A stretch of 64,000 nt of DNA from Salisapilia sapeloensis CBS 127946 (lineage: Eukaryota > Protista > Oomycota): NCBI GenBank assembly GCA_023334545.1, contig JAADVB010000089.1, positions 1,534-65,533 on the forward strand. Reading direction: 5' to 3'. The translations under genes and the position numbers were made by a program. Under the pieces are notes generated by a model that was not told where the DNA came from, searched no databases, and saw nothing but the letters and a program-made list of their open reading frames with translations. Positions 32,361 to 43,955 of the stretch are shown piece after piece. Within the stretch, counting starts at the first letter, position 1. The number at the start of each line of letters is the position of its first letter.

Positions 32361-33437
32361 ATGACCGCGGATAACTGTCTTGGGATCTATGACCCGTCGC
32401 AGTACGACTCTTTGCAAGCGTATGCGGATGCCATGAATGCTCAATTGCAAGGCAAGACGGCAAGCGAAATCATCGAATGGACGCTCGAAACGTTCGGCGC
32501 ACAGCACACTGCTTTGAGCTCCAGTTTTGGCATCACCTCCGCAGTTATGCTCAACCTGACCAAGCAGCATGCACCTGGTGTACCTGTGATCTGGATTGAC
32601 ACGGGCTACTTGCCAGCAGAAACGTACCGGTTCGCGGATAAACTGACGAAATCACTTGATTTGGATATCCGCGTCTTCCAATCACCAGTGACGCCAGCGC
32701 GTATGGAAGCGTTGTACGGCAAGTTGTACGAAATCCCGACCGAAGCTGCCCATAAGCAATATGGCTACCTTCGAAAAGTTGAACCGATGCAACGAGCTTT
32801 AGAAGAGCTCCAGACAAAAGCTCTATTGGCTGGCGTGCGCGCTGAACAGACTGCCAATCGTCAGCAAATGCAGATCGTCAATGTGTACGAGGGGAGGTTG
32901 AAGATTTGTCCCATTTTGCAATGGACGAAGCAGGATGTCGAAAAATACATGTCGGTCGAGGAGCTGCCGTACCATCCGCTAAAGTATGAAGGATACGTTA
33001 GCGTCGGTGACTGGCATTCGAGCCGTCCCGTGGCGGAGGGCGAGGAAGGTAATGAACGTGCTGGTCGATTCCATGGTGTTTCCCAGGAATGTGGTCTTCA
33101 CGTCGATATGGCCGATGTCACTTTGGAGGATTTGAAGGTCCAGACGGGATTGACGGCTAAGGAAGAGGAAATTAAGGAAAAGGTCGCGCAGCCGAACGGC
33201 ATCGTGATCGTGAGCAAACCGACGTGTAAATTCTGTAACGCGTCCAAGGACGAATTCAAGCAGCGCGGATGGACGTATGAAGACTTTACGGTCGGTCAAG
33301 ACATCTCGATTCCCGCAGTTCAAGAAATTGTGGGCAAACCCGTGAAGACGGTGCCGCAAATATGGAAGGACGGTCAGTATATCGGCGGTTACACGGAGCT
33401 GGCGCAGCACCTGGGCATCCCATCTCGATTTGCATAG
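32361..33437 (+). CDS. cysH: PAPS reductase (CysH type) fused to a C-terminal glutaredoxin
   Basis: LSSSFG, IDTGY, RKVEP, GVRAEQ, GYVSVGD, ERAGRF and ECGLH motifs, followed by a glutaredoxin domain (CKFC, TVPQIW, IGGYTEL). Likely start ATG 32361. Confidence 0.95.
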   Translation: MTADNCLGIYDPSQYDSLQAYADAMNAQLQGKTASEIIEWTLETFGAQHTALSSSFGITSAVMLNLTKQHAPGVPVIWIDTGYLPAETYRFADKLTKSLDLDIRVFQSPVTPARMEALYGKLYEIPTEAAHKQYGYLRKVEPMQRALEELQTKALLAGVRAEQTANRQQMQIVNVYEGRLKICPILQWTKQDVEKYMSVEELPYHPLKYEGYVSVGDWHSSRPVAEGEEGNERAGRFHGVSQECGLHVDMADVTLEDLKVQTGLTAKEEEIKEKVAQPNGIVIVSKPTCKFCNASKDEFKQRGWTYEDFTVGQDISIPAVQEIVGKPVKTVPQIWKDGQYIGGYTELAQHLGIPSRFA

Positions 33438-33449
33438 AAAGACAGAAAA

Positions 33450-33838
33450 TCAAGCTACTTTATGACTTTTCGCATCTATCTTTTCGATTTCCGAATCTCC
33501 AAGCGTCGTGACGATCTTCTCGAGCGGAAGAAAGCCGTTGACGCTTGTAAAACTGCTCTCCATAAATTTTACATAAATGCTGTCGCACATCCTTCCAACT
33601 TGCACCTGGTCGAAAGCGTTCGTGCAATCGCTCGTGCTTTCGCTCTTCCGCGCTAGCAACTCGGACCGCCACAAAGCCGCGAGCTTTTTCAGTTGGCGGT
33701 CACGAAACACCTATTCCGCGATTGAAATGCTCGAACACGCTATAATTTCGCCTGGGATCAATTTTCAACGTTCGTTTCTTCGAGCGCCGACTCGCCCCGT
33801 CTCCCCCAATGTATCTCCGTCGGCTTGTCGAGCACCAT
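33450..33838 (-). CDS. hypothetical protein (~109 aa), 2 exons
   Basis: ATG 33838, exon 33838-33770, 59-nt phase-0 intron 33769-33711 with a weak GTTGAA donor, then VFRDRQLKKLAALWRSELL...HKVA and stop at 33452-33450. Confidence 0.45.
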
Positions 33839-33962
33839 GGGCAACACAGTTACCGTCGAGGTGGCAGTCCGAATTCCGAACCTCGAGACTTCGATCGTGA
33901 TTGGTTGAAAATACTAAAGTAGCGTTAAGTGAACCTAAGCACAGATGCTCTCTCTTGCCTTT

Positions 33963-33976
33963 TCATTTTGCATTTT
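33963..33976 (+). promoter_or_regulatory. oomycete Inr+FPR core promoter element upstream of sestrin
   Basis: TCATTTTGCATTTT is an exact match to the oomycete consensus TCATTYYNCAWTTT and lies about 77 nt upstream of ATG 34053. Confidence 0.7.
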
Positions 33977-34052
33977 GCCCGGTCCTGCACAAGTTGACGT
34001 TCCCGCGTAACTAGTAGATACTCATCGCCGATCTTCACGTATCTTGAACTCG

Positions 34053-35822
34053 ATGAGTTTTGCCTTCCCCTATACTCGAGACGACGCAGCCATGCGCCGC
34101 AGTGTCTCGAAAGAGCTCTTCTTCCGACGCTTGCTCGTCGAAAGCAGCGACGTGCAAGTGCAAGTTGCTGCGTCCGTTGCCCAAGAGCTAGAGCAGATGT
34201 TGCAGGATGCTGATCCTACCATGCTTTATCGAGAGTACTACCCGACTGCTGCCCGCATGGCGAAAGAGGCACCTTTCCGCGCCATACGAGATGCACTGGC
34301 GCCGATCGTCGACAACATGAAGGACCAGTTCGCGCACTTGAAAGAAGATAATAACGACGCAGACGAGATCAGTGCATCGTACTTTGTTGATGCAAAGGAA
34401 CTGCCGACCGTCGAATCCCTCTGGAGTGATGCTGAGAATGAATCCGAGGCCAAGCACGTTGTCGCCGAGACGTTTCTATCTGTTGGACGACTCACACACT
34501 TCACCCGCGTCTTATCGTGGCATCCAAGTTACTTGCAGCTGTTCCAGGCAAGTTTAAGTGCCATCATGATGCATGAAGGTACTCTACCTCTTGCATGGCG
34601 TAGTTACATTTCAATCCTAGCATGCGCAGAGCAGCGTTGCCACTACCTTGCAGACATGCAACAGAGCCTCTTCCTCGTGAACGGTGGAGAACCTGCGTGG
34701 GTTAAAGGTATCGAACATGTGCCAAGCAAATTATTCCAACTGCACGAATTAAGTGCTCTGCTCGCACACCGACCGTGGCTGCTAACGAAAGACCACATTG
34801 CAGACTTGCTATTTGCAGATCAAGAAGAGTCCTGGTCAGTGTCGGAACTGGTGCATGCCATCATCGTGCTCTGCCAGTACCACTCTATGAGCAGCATCGC
34901 TCATGGTATGGGCATGGCAGAGGAACCTGATCTCGCTTCTTACAGTGATTATGGGTCAGCTGGTAAAGCATCTCCAATCTCCAGCAGGTCTTCCAGCGCA
35001 TCTCCACGACAGTCTGGTGAGAATGATGCTGCCTTGATGAACGCAAGCGATTTCTCTCTATCGGAGGACACGATAGATGAAAGTTCGGCCGGCGTCACGG
35101 AGATGAACATTGCTGAAATGGACCGCGAAGATGACTTGGTCTTTAAGAGGCTACGTAGCTGCACGAGAGACGGTAGTGAAACCGCAGAAGATGACGATGA
35201 CGATGGACTACTTGCCGATATCGAAAGCGACATGGACTACATCTTTGAAGTCGCAGCAAACGAAGAAGCAGCCGAAGTCGGTACGCCATCCAGCAAACAG
35301 AAGGATGCGTTACGACGTTTCTGTGGCGGATCTGTGTCTTGTTACTCGGACTTTGACGTGCGCTCCGGCGAATACGATGTGCTTCATACTGAAGACTTTT
35401 CCTGGGACGAGCATTGCTTCTCCCTCGTACGTCGCTACTTTCCCGGAGACACTGGTCAGATCCTGGAAGATCTATTCGATCTAACTGGCAAACTGACGTA
35501 CGACTACTTTGGTCACGAGAAACGCGAAGTGGACACGAGTCCCTACCGTAGCGCCATTTGGTACTACGTCCACCGAATCTTCGGTATCTTTCACGACGAC
35601 TATGATTATCGTCAAGTGAACTTGTTTTTAAATACGCCGACCAAGATTTTCGTTAAAAAGGTCGCCTGTACGCCGTGGCGTGTGACGAGAGAAGATTTTG
35701 AGCACTTTGATCATTCACTAAGTCCACCGGAAAAGTGCCACGTCACATTGATCGTGGCAGAAGCTAGGAAACAAGCTGGACTCATGTATGCCCTGCGTGC
35801 GGTCATGAATCACATGCGTTAG
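34053..35822 (+). CDS. SESN: sestrin (PA26 family)
   Basis: LSWHPSYL, LPLAWRSYI, RCHYL, LAHRPWLLTKDHI, WSVSELVHAIIVL, FSWDEH, AIWYYVHRIFGIFHDDYDY, EARKQAGLMYALRAV. The track start at 34044 is TTG; first ATG is 34053. Confidence 0.95.
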   Translation: MSFAFPYTRDDAAMRRSVSKELFFRRLLVESSDVQVQVAASVAQELEQMLQDADPTMLYREYYPTAARMAKEAPFRAIRDALAPIVDNMKDQFAHLKEDNNDADEISASYFVDAKELPTVESLWSDAENESEAKHVVAETFLSVGRLTHFTRVLSWHPSYLQLFQASLSAIMMHEGTLPLAWRSYISILACAEQRCHYLADMQQSLFLVNGGEPAWVKGIEHVPSKLFQLHELSALLAHRPWLLTKDHIADLLFADQEESWSVSELVHAIIVLCQYHSMSSIAHGMGMAEEPDLASYSDYGSAGKASPISSRSSSASPRQSGENDAALMNASDFSLSEDTIDESSAGVTEMNIAEMDREDDLVFKRLRSCTRDGSETAEDDDDDGLLADIESDMDYIFEVAANEEAAEVGTPSSKQKDALRRFCGGSVSCYSDFDVRSGEYDVLHTEDFSWDEHCFSLVRRYFPGDTGQILEDLFDLTGKLTYDYFGHEKREVDTSPYRSAIWYYVHRIFGIFHDDYDYRQVNLFLNTPTKIFVKKVACTPWRVTREDFEHFDHSLSPPEKCHVTLIVAEARKQAGLMYALRAVMNHMR

Positions 35823-35907
35823 AAAGTGTCCATGTCTTCACCTCGGTCGTGTCGAAAGAAATGCACGTTAAGAATCAATAAGAATTGGTATTTAAAATAC
35901 GCATCAA

Positions 35908-38900
35908 TTAGTTTTGTAAGTACGTCCATGCATGCGCGAGACGAAGGTGGTAATTTAACCGAGTATCTGGCTTGTGCGAGCCTTCGGTCCGAGGTCGGAC
36001 GTTGAGATTAAGCATCCGGCCAGTTGATTCCGTCCGAGGTCTCACCGTGATACCTTCCTTGGAGATGTAAAACTCTTTTAATTCGTCTACAGAAGCAGCA
36101 TTTGTTGTATCAGGTGGAGTGGCTTGAACCACCCGAGGAAGACTTGCTAGTGTTGATCTACGCTTTAGTATCGGCTCGTCCTTTGCCTTCCTTTGGTTGC
36201 TCGTAGCTGGCTCCAATGGCGTTCTTGGTTTTGGCAGCTTTGTCTCGGAAGCAGACGATGGAAGTGTCATTTTGCCAATGTCGGAAAGAATCTCATCTAT
36301 AGACAAGTTAGCAGTCTACTTTGCAAGGTTGTATTCGATTCACTTACGAAGGGAAGGCTCTTCTTGTGGCCATTGCTCTTCCATTGCGGTGGGAGTTGGC
36401 GTGGAGGATGCTTGTCGGAGTATAAAGTTTCGAGCAGCTTTCTTGATGACGGAGCGACGTACAGCTCGATTCGGGCCAAATCGCTCGTTAGCTCTGCGTC
36501 TATACAGTATCTTTGTCGTCGCTTCCGAAGCATTCGAGCAGATACCTAGCTCACCATCATCTAGACTCAGCTTTCGCTGAAGGACAGACTCTCGCTTTTG
36601 TAGAGCTAATCGACCATTGACACGGTCAAGACACTTTTGAGCTTCCGTTTCCTCCCTTTCCTTCCTTGATACCAGATCGAGCGGGAAATTCCATGGTGTC
36701 AGCTCCGGTTGACGACGTGTAGCAAAGTGATCGAGTATACCACATAATTCTCCTCCAAGTGTCCACACTTTGAGCTTCCCATCGATCGAGGACGACAGAA
36801 GGACACGAGGGTCATGGACGAGAGTCAAGCAAGATACACGATCAGTATGCGCTTTCCAACGCACTGTAGGCACGATCTGCATTACTTCATCCGGAACAGG
36901 TCGCGCAGCGTTGTATAGAGCAGATAGGAAGTCGTTTCCAAGCTCGACTTCCGGTCGACGATCAGAATGCGCTGGACCAGATCGAGTACTGTCGAACGTA
37001 CCCAGGCGAAGATAGTCCTGGTCACGTTGCGTTGTACGAATATCGTGTGGCATGTACCATACTGTAATCCAACCATAGTCATCTCCACCAGCAACCACTC
37101 GATGGTCCTCCTTGGACGATAGATGCGGTTCAAATGAGATATCATCACCTTCTAACGATCTTTCGACATCCGTTTTAAACACTTTGGCAGGTGTCGATGC
37201 CAGCGTTTGTACGTGCAAGATGCATGGTGTAGGCAGGCCCGGATCCGTTGGGACCGTTAGTGCCACATTACATCTGCATAAATAATTAATGCTGATACAT
37301 TACTTCTTTTAATACATTAGCGAGCAGACACGTACCTGTATCTTGCCAAGTCTGCTGACGGTATCCATGCGAGCACTCGACCTCGACTTGTTCCTCCTAG
37401 CAAGACACCTCCATCGCCATAAAATGATAAACAATGGAGTTCACAACCTTGTGGAACTAGATAGGATCCCTGAGGATGCGTGACATTGTCATCCCAAAGC
37501 TGTAGGAAACTCACGTTTTGCTTGCCACTCATCGTCACCGCTAGCTTTCGCAATTTTAAATCAGCAACTGCCTTTAGTTGCTCATATTCGGTATCAGGAG
37601 AGTTGCCTAAACGTACGCGTTGGATAGCGACAGATTGGGGAGTAGTACTTCCAGCAGGTTCATAGTAACCATCCTGATCGTTTTCGTTTAAGATATAGAG
37701 TCTCGAGTCGGATGATAGAGCTAACACTTGCTTTGAATTTCGTACGTAGGATAGGTAGACTACAGCTTCACCGCGCTCAAACGGATCTAAATGCTTCATG
37801 ACGTTACCATTGAAGGCATTCAAGACTCTGATAGCGCCTATATCATCGCCGACGATGACTTTTCGTTGACGGTCGTCGACACACACGGCAGTGATTGATA
37901 TCCCTTCCGTATGTGTGATTGTGTTCCATTTAAAGACTTTACACTGTTCTCCTGTTTCTCCTTTCCACGTAATAATCTTCGAGTTGGTCGCGACAACAAT
38001 TAGATCCAACGGAGTCAAGTACGAAGTAAAGAATACTTCCTCTCGTACATTCAGAACACACAAGTCAAAGAACACAACTTGAGGACCTTTCATGGCTACC
38101 ATGACGGCATCCATTGTACTAGTTGAAGGAACGACACAAGCGTGGATATTTGTGATACTTGCTCGCGATACAGAGTGATAAAGAGGACCGTCGTACAGAC
38201 CCAAGTCGACGGTCTGAAGCAGTCGCCAAGAGTGCGTGGAGAAAACGCGAGCGACACTGGCTACATCTATCGATACAAAATGCTGTGCGCACTCGACGAA
38301 AGATATGTATTGGACAGGTAGAAGATGCTGTTTGATCGTCGTTTCGCATTTGAGAGTATCTCGGTCTTTGCCTGATGAAGTTTGCTTCCAAATCGTAATA
38401 GATAGTGTCGATTGGTCGGTGCCAGAGAAGTATCCGACACTAGCCAGCCTCTGTTCCTGCATAGAATAAGCCAAGCAACGTACACCTTGAGGATGTGCTT
38501 CCAAACTCTGCATGACTTCCCCTGTATCTATTTCCGACAGCGTCAGTAACGGGTGGGTTTATGAACGTAAACGACAGCTTCAGGCTACCTGCTCGTAAGA
38601 TAGTAAGGATACCATCTTTTCTTCCAAGTACCACTCGGGTATGACTACCGCATCGAATTGTGATCATTGAATGCACTCCTTTATATCGGTCTTCTGGACA
38701 TTCGCTTGGTAATTGAAAGGTTCTAGTTTCTGCATCGAATAGCACGTATTGGCCTGTACTTGCCATTGTCTGTTTTGTATTATTCTTTCCTGAGCAAGAG
38801 CGCGAGATAGCCTGATTGTACACGCATTCAGCAGTAGGGAGGATGATAGCAAAGCAGGCGAGTTGCTGCAATGTAGGAATCCATTCAAATTGACTGATAC

Positions 38901-39625
38901 TGCTATTCCCAGGCACTTGAACTCGGCACACTAGCGTTGGATGATGAATAGGATCCAAGCCCCAGATACTTATCCAACCACTAGATCGGACAGATGAAAT
39001 TGCTAGTTGTCTTGAAGATGAAATATACTCAATGGCAAGTACAGCGTGCTCATGGAAACTTGTGTGTTGACGCAACCGAGCGATGTAGTGAGGAGCTTCA
39101 TTGTGGTGGAAATGTAGCGAATATAGCATCACGACATCAGACCCGTGTTCAAAATATGCAATAGATTGTAGCTCATTGATAAGAAGGAGTTGGGCGATAC
39201 TGGACTGGACTTGTAAGTGAGGGGTATGTGGGTCCTTACGAGGGAGTGACCATTGGGTGTATCTTTTTGAATGGAGAAACCTTCGATGAACAACGTCAGA
39301 CTCAACTAAATTGTCAGCTTCGGCAAGACCAGCGTCCGTAATGTATGCTGAGAATTCGTCCCACTCAACTTTGCCGTCACCATTGATGTCGATTGTATGA
39401 AAGAGCTTGATGACTCCTACGACAAACTCCAGCTACTATGGCAATTGGCATACAACTTAGAATCTATTCTATTTTCATATAGATATACAAGCATACTTCA
39501 TTAGCTTTACGAATTTGGAGATGAGACTTGAGTAACTTGACAAAGCGATCCAAGGATAAGCCTTTGGTAAACCCTGACCGTAGGCGCTGAACATCCGCCG
39601 TTGACAGTGTCATCATGACGTCCAT
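35908..39625 (-). CDS. EF-hand + WD40-repeat protein (WDR49/EFCAB8-like), 5 exons, ~1159 aa
   Basis: Exons 39625-39497, 39432-38589, 38527-37336, 37273-36348 and 36296-35908 sum to 3480 nt with compatible phases. EF-hand LFHTIDINGDGKVEWDEFSAYI; WD repeats AHPQGVRCLAYS, KVIVGDDIGAIRVLN, WKAHTDRVSCL, LLSSSIDGKLKVWT. Confidence 0.88.
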
Positions 39626-39786
39626 GGTGGCTATCTTGTGCTTGGTGTCGATTGTTAAAGAGAAAAGCTAAAGCTAAAAATAAGAAGGAGGAAACATAGT
39701 TCAATTGTAATATTGTCTAGAATGAGATGAAACGCTCAGAGTTTAATTGAAGACAGCACAGCGTAAGCGCATCAATGGTTCACATA

Positions 39787-39817
39787 CCACGTACGACATC
39801 CACGTACGACATCCACG
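39787..39817 (+). repeat. short tandem repeat, 13-bp unit CCACGTACGACAT, about 2.4 copies
   Basis: Read directly in the intergenic region between the divergent WD40 gene and the hypothetical gene at 40333. Confidence 0.6.
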
Positions 39818-40332
39818 ACGGATCTTTGTCGAGTAATATAGCTCTAGTATTCCTTGCTGCATCCATGAAATGCTTTTACCGAGCAGCACGGCAAATACTG
39901 ATGCTGGACCGAAGAGTAATCTGACTGTCAGATCAACTCGATAGCCTCACGTAGTTTTAGCATGAATATGCACCAGCAAATAACGAAATGTGCTTTTGAC
40001 ACATGCGAAACTATTTTCTAAATGAACTTATGTGATAAGCTCGTAGATTTAAAGATAGCTACTGCCATCCTAGGTGACAGATCTCTTCCAATCCAGCAAT
40101 ATAGAAACATACTGGAAGTCTAGACCAACTCAAGAATCAAACGTGATATTCAATTGGCATGCTTCTTACTAGTAAGTTGAGGATAGTATGACGTATCCAG
40201 CTTTAATGATGGACATGTAGCAAGCAGCACTGAACAGTAACTTGGGATTATAGCCCGATCCGATTGACGGATTTCATGTGTGTGGCATTCTGTATGTAAA
40301 AGACAGACCGACAGATAGCAACAACTGCGAAC

Positions 40333-41273
40333 ATGGTACGGCGTGGACGTCTAGCTCTACGGCAGGTAGAGCAGCCTGTAGGGCTTGACGAAGAAAAGGG
40401 CAATGCTCAAGCTGCCATTGCAACACACCAGTCTACTGCAGACGCAAGCGTCGACTCGAATGCAATGGAGAGAGAAACCAAACGTCGGAAGAAAGAGGAT
40501 GCATTGGCCAAGGCAGAGTCCAGCAAAGATAGTAGAAATCCCATTTGGAACCTCTATCAGGACGGGATTGATTCTAAAAGTGTTCTGCAACTGGCATACG
40601 TTCGACGACGAGTATGATCCTTCATCATTCCACATTTAGTAGCAATGTCTAATAGTAATTTTAGGCTCCGAAACTATCTAAGCGACCGATAGCTGAGCAA
40701 TTTCTTGTTCCAAGACCATCGCTGCATGTCGATGACTTCCTTCCACCGACAGATTATAGTGAAACAGCTACAACTTTACCAGCTAGCACACCCACTAGTA
40801 CAGTAGAGCATGATCAGGCTCTATCAAACGCAAATGCATTTTTCCATAAGATGGAGCAAGCAAGTGAAACAGATCGCCAGGCATGGAAGCAACTGAACTA
40901 TGAAGACTGGATGCAGATTTACGAGACACATCATTCCAAAGCACCCTCTCCAACCTTGCTCGTCGAGTTGTTAGAACAAGCTCCATCCTCTGAACTATGC
41001 ATTGTGACATGGGAAGCTTGGCTACTTCCACTACTCGAACGTACCTCTCAAATGGATAGCTCGACGTCCATCACGACTGCCAAACGCATCGTCGAGTGTC
41101 TAGTAACCCACCACCCTCGTCTCGGAAAATTGCAACCGAAAGACTATAGAGCACAGATCCGAGCGCTCCATCTACGAGACAATCTTCCAGAGACCTTTGG
41201 CGCCATCGTGGAAAGCCAATTTATCGAATTGTACCGCCAGCTCCGACATCTATCAGTTATCTCTTCCTCCTAA
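40333..41273 (+). CDS. hypothetical protein (~295 aa), 2 exons
   Basis: Exon 40333-40611, 53-nt intron 40612-40664 (GTATGA...TTTAG), exon 40665-41273 in frame with the track ORF at 40851; helical C-terminal half. Confidence 0.65.
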
Positions 41274-41406
41274 TCCCTACGTTTTGCATAATTCGTACCA
41301 ATCAGACAATGCATTCCATATAGCTACAAACTTCAAGTCCACCCATTCATGGATACACTTTCATTTTTAATTCACCCCTGCCGCTCTCGGAGCAGATACA
41401 TCAAGC

Positions 41407-42605
41407 ATGGAGGACTCGGCGACACCCATACTCATTGTCATCATCGTATTTGTCGGTATTACCTGTGCGATTGTCTTCACCGCCATCTGTTGTATATGCA
41501 AGCGTGATCAATCGAAGCCTTTAACGGATCCGTCATTGCCTCCTGGACCTGCCATTCTTTCAGAAGCTACTGTTAGTGGGAGTTCGTCACTACGGGAATC
41601 AAAGTCACCTACAAATGGTACAAATAAAGACAATAGAAAGAGCCGACGAGACACCCAGACTCGTGCAACTGAGGAAACCAACCAATACTTTCCTCAGCTC
41701 GTGCCGTACCGTTTGAACGAAAACGATGTGTTAACAACGCGCAGGATCGCTACTGGTGGCTTTGGTACAGTGTGGTTGGGCCATTACCACGGCGAGCCTA
41801 TTGCTTTGAAAAAACTGCAGAACATGGAGCTCAATGCGTCTGCCGTGGAAGACATGACGGACCGGTTCGCGAATGAGATTCAGATGATGGCAAAGCTCCA
41901 GCATCCGAAACTCGTTCGATTTATCGGCTGCACTTGGTCCACTCGAACAGATCTCGCTGCTGTCTCGGAATTCATGAGCGGGGGAGACGTCCGAATGTTG
42001 CTGGAGAACCAGCGAATTCAGCTCAGTTGGACTGATTTGAAAATGTCCATTGCGATCGACATCTGCGAAGCACTCGTGTATTTGCACACTCGATCTCCAC
42101 CGATTATCCATCGCGACATGAAATCCAGCAACGTTATGTTGAACGTAGCACAGGTCGCGAAATTGAGTGACTTTGGACTATGTCGCCACCGTACTTTTGA
42201 AGAAACGCAGACGGCGAACGTCGGGACCGTTCGATGGGCTGCACCAGAAATCATGTTGTCCGAAGATTACTCTGAACGCGCGGATGGTAGTTGCTTTTCC
42301 TTTTCATACCTCATGCAACCTACTAACTTGTTGACCTTGTAGTCTATTCTTTCGGCGTCGTGCTAAGTGAATTGGATACACGAGTCATCCCGTTCGAAAA
42401 CAGGGGCACAGGTAGCGGCAGCTTTACGGAAATGGACATACCGAACCGTATTGCGCGAGGTGAACTCCTACCGACATTTTCGGAAGAATGTCCAGAGCCG
42501 ATCTTCAAGTTGGCGCATGCATGTTTACAATTTGACCCAGAATTGCGTCCATCGACAACGGAAATCCTTGAGCGACTGCAATCGATTCAAAAGACACTTG
42601 CTTAA
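41407..42605 (+). CDS. TKL protein kinase with N-terminal TM anchor, 2 exons
   Basis: Hydrophobic N-terminal helix; IATGGFGTVW, IALKKL, HRDMKSSN, DFG, GTVRWAAPE. Intron 42287-42342 has a TACTAAC branch point and restores DVYSFGVVLSELDT. Confidence 0.93.
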
Positions 42606-42917
42606 TCCTATCCCAAGTTTCCATTTCCTTTGCTGCCGACTTGTCCGTCTAAAGTAGCGTTCGATCGTCTCGTTTGAAAATCGTGATGAGTAATGTTTGT
42701 GACTATATACAATTTGGTAGAGGAATGAAACTCGCCAGTTTTGGGCCGCCGAGGCGAGTCGAACGCATACTAAGAACGAGATTAAAGGCAGGTCCACGAC
42801 GAACCTATCTCGTACCAACTCGTTTCCATACTCGTCACTTTCGACCGCCACGACTCGACCTCTATACCTTCCTTCCACACTACGCGTTGTAGATAAGACA
42901 AACACAAAAGAACAGAC

Positions 42918-43955
42918 ATGGGCTGCTGTGAAAGCAGACCTGAAAAAACAGGTTCCCCCGACATACAGAGTCCGCAGGCCACACCAGGCGGGGGCTACCC
43001 TCCTAGCAATCAAAAGCCGGTAATGCCCAGGCCGTTACCTCCGACTCGTGAGGCGACACCTGAAGGTGCATCGAAGGACACGGAGCATTTCTTTCCAGAG
43101 CTAGTCGAGCATCGTTTGGATGAGACGGAGGTCCTACTGACTCGTAAAATCAGCACAGGTGCCTTTGGTGTCGTCTGGCTAGGTCATTACCACGGCCAGC
43201 CAGTCGCGGTGAAGAGCATGATTGAAGGAGAGGAAGAAGTGCAATCGTTTGCACAGGAAATAGATACCATGTCACGGCTGATGCATCCAAAAATCGTCAA
43301 GTTTATCGGATGCACGTGGACGAGTACTAAAGACTTAAGTGGCGTATCAGAGTTCATGGATGGAGGGGATGTTCGGACGTTGTTGGAAAGCCGCAAGGTT
43401 GATTTATCTTGGGCAGATAAGAAACTCAGTATGGCCATTGACATTGCTGAAGCACTAGCGTACATGCATACGCGTGAACCGAGTGTCATCCATCGAGATT
43501 TAAAGTCTCGAAACGTCCTTTTGAATGCAGCATTTGTCGCGAAGCTTAGTGACTTTGGTCTCAGTCGTAATCGGACGTACGAAGAGACATTGACCGCTGG
43601 TGTCGGTACCGTCCGCTGGACTGCGCCGGAAGTCATGTTGGGTGAAAACTACTCGGAAGTCGCCGACGTGTATTCCTACGGCGTCGTGCTAAGCGAATTG
43701 GATACGCGAGAGATTCCGTTTGAAGAGAAATCGACGAGTCGTAGTGGCAGTGGCAATGGTGGCCCGGACATGGCGATCGTGATCAAGGTCGCCAAGGGCG
43801 AGTTGAAACCATCTTTTGCGCCGGATTGTCCAGATCCGATTTTGAAAATCGCGAAAGCTTGTCTCCAATTTGACCCTGCGTTACGTCCTAGTGCGACAAG
43901 AGTTGTCGAGATGCTCAACGAAGCCAAGGAACAGTTGCAAGACGCTGAAGCATAA
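42918..43955 (+). CDS. TKL protein kinase with MGCC N-terminus (predicted myristoylation/palmitoylation)
   Basis: ISTGAFGVVW, VAVKSM, HRDLKSRN, DFG, GTVRWTAPE, DVYSYG; intronless tandem paralogue of the upstream kinase. Confidence 0.95.
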   Translation: MGCCESRPEKTGSPDIQSPQATPGGGYPPSNQKPVMPRPLPPTREATPEGASKDTEHFFPELVEHRLDETEVLLTRKISTGAFGVVWLGHYHGQPVAVKSMIEGEEEVQSFAQEIDTMSRLMHPKIVKFIGCTWTSTKDLSGVSEFMDGGDVRTLLESRKVDLSWADKKLSMAIDIAEALAYMHTREPSVIHRDLKSRNVLLNAAFVAKLSDFGLSRNRTYEETLTAGVGTVRWTAPEVMLGENYSEVADVYSYGVVLSELDTREIPFEEKSTSRSGSGNGGPDMAIVIKVAKGELKPSFAPDCPDPILKIAKACLQFDPALRPSATRVVEMLNEAKEQLQDAEA

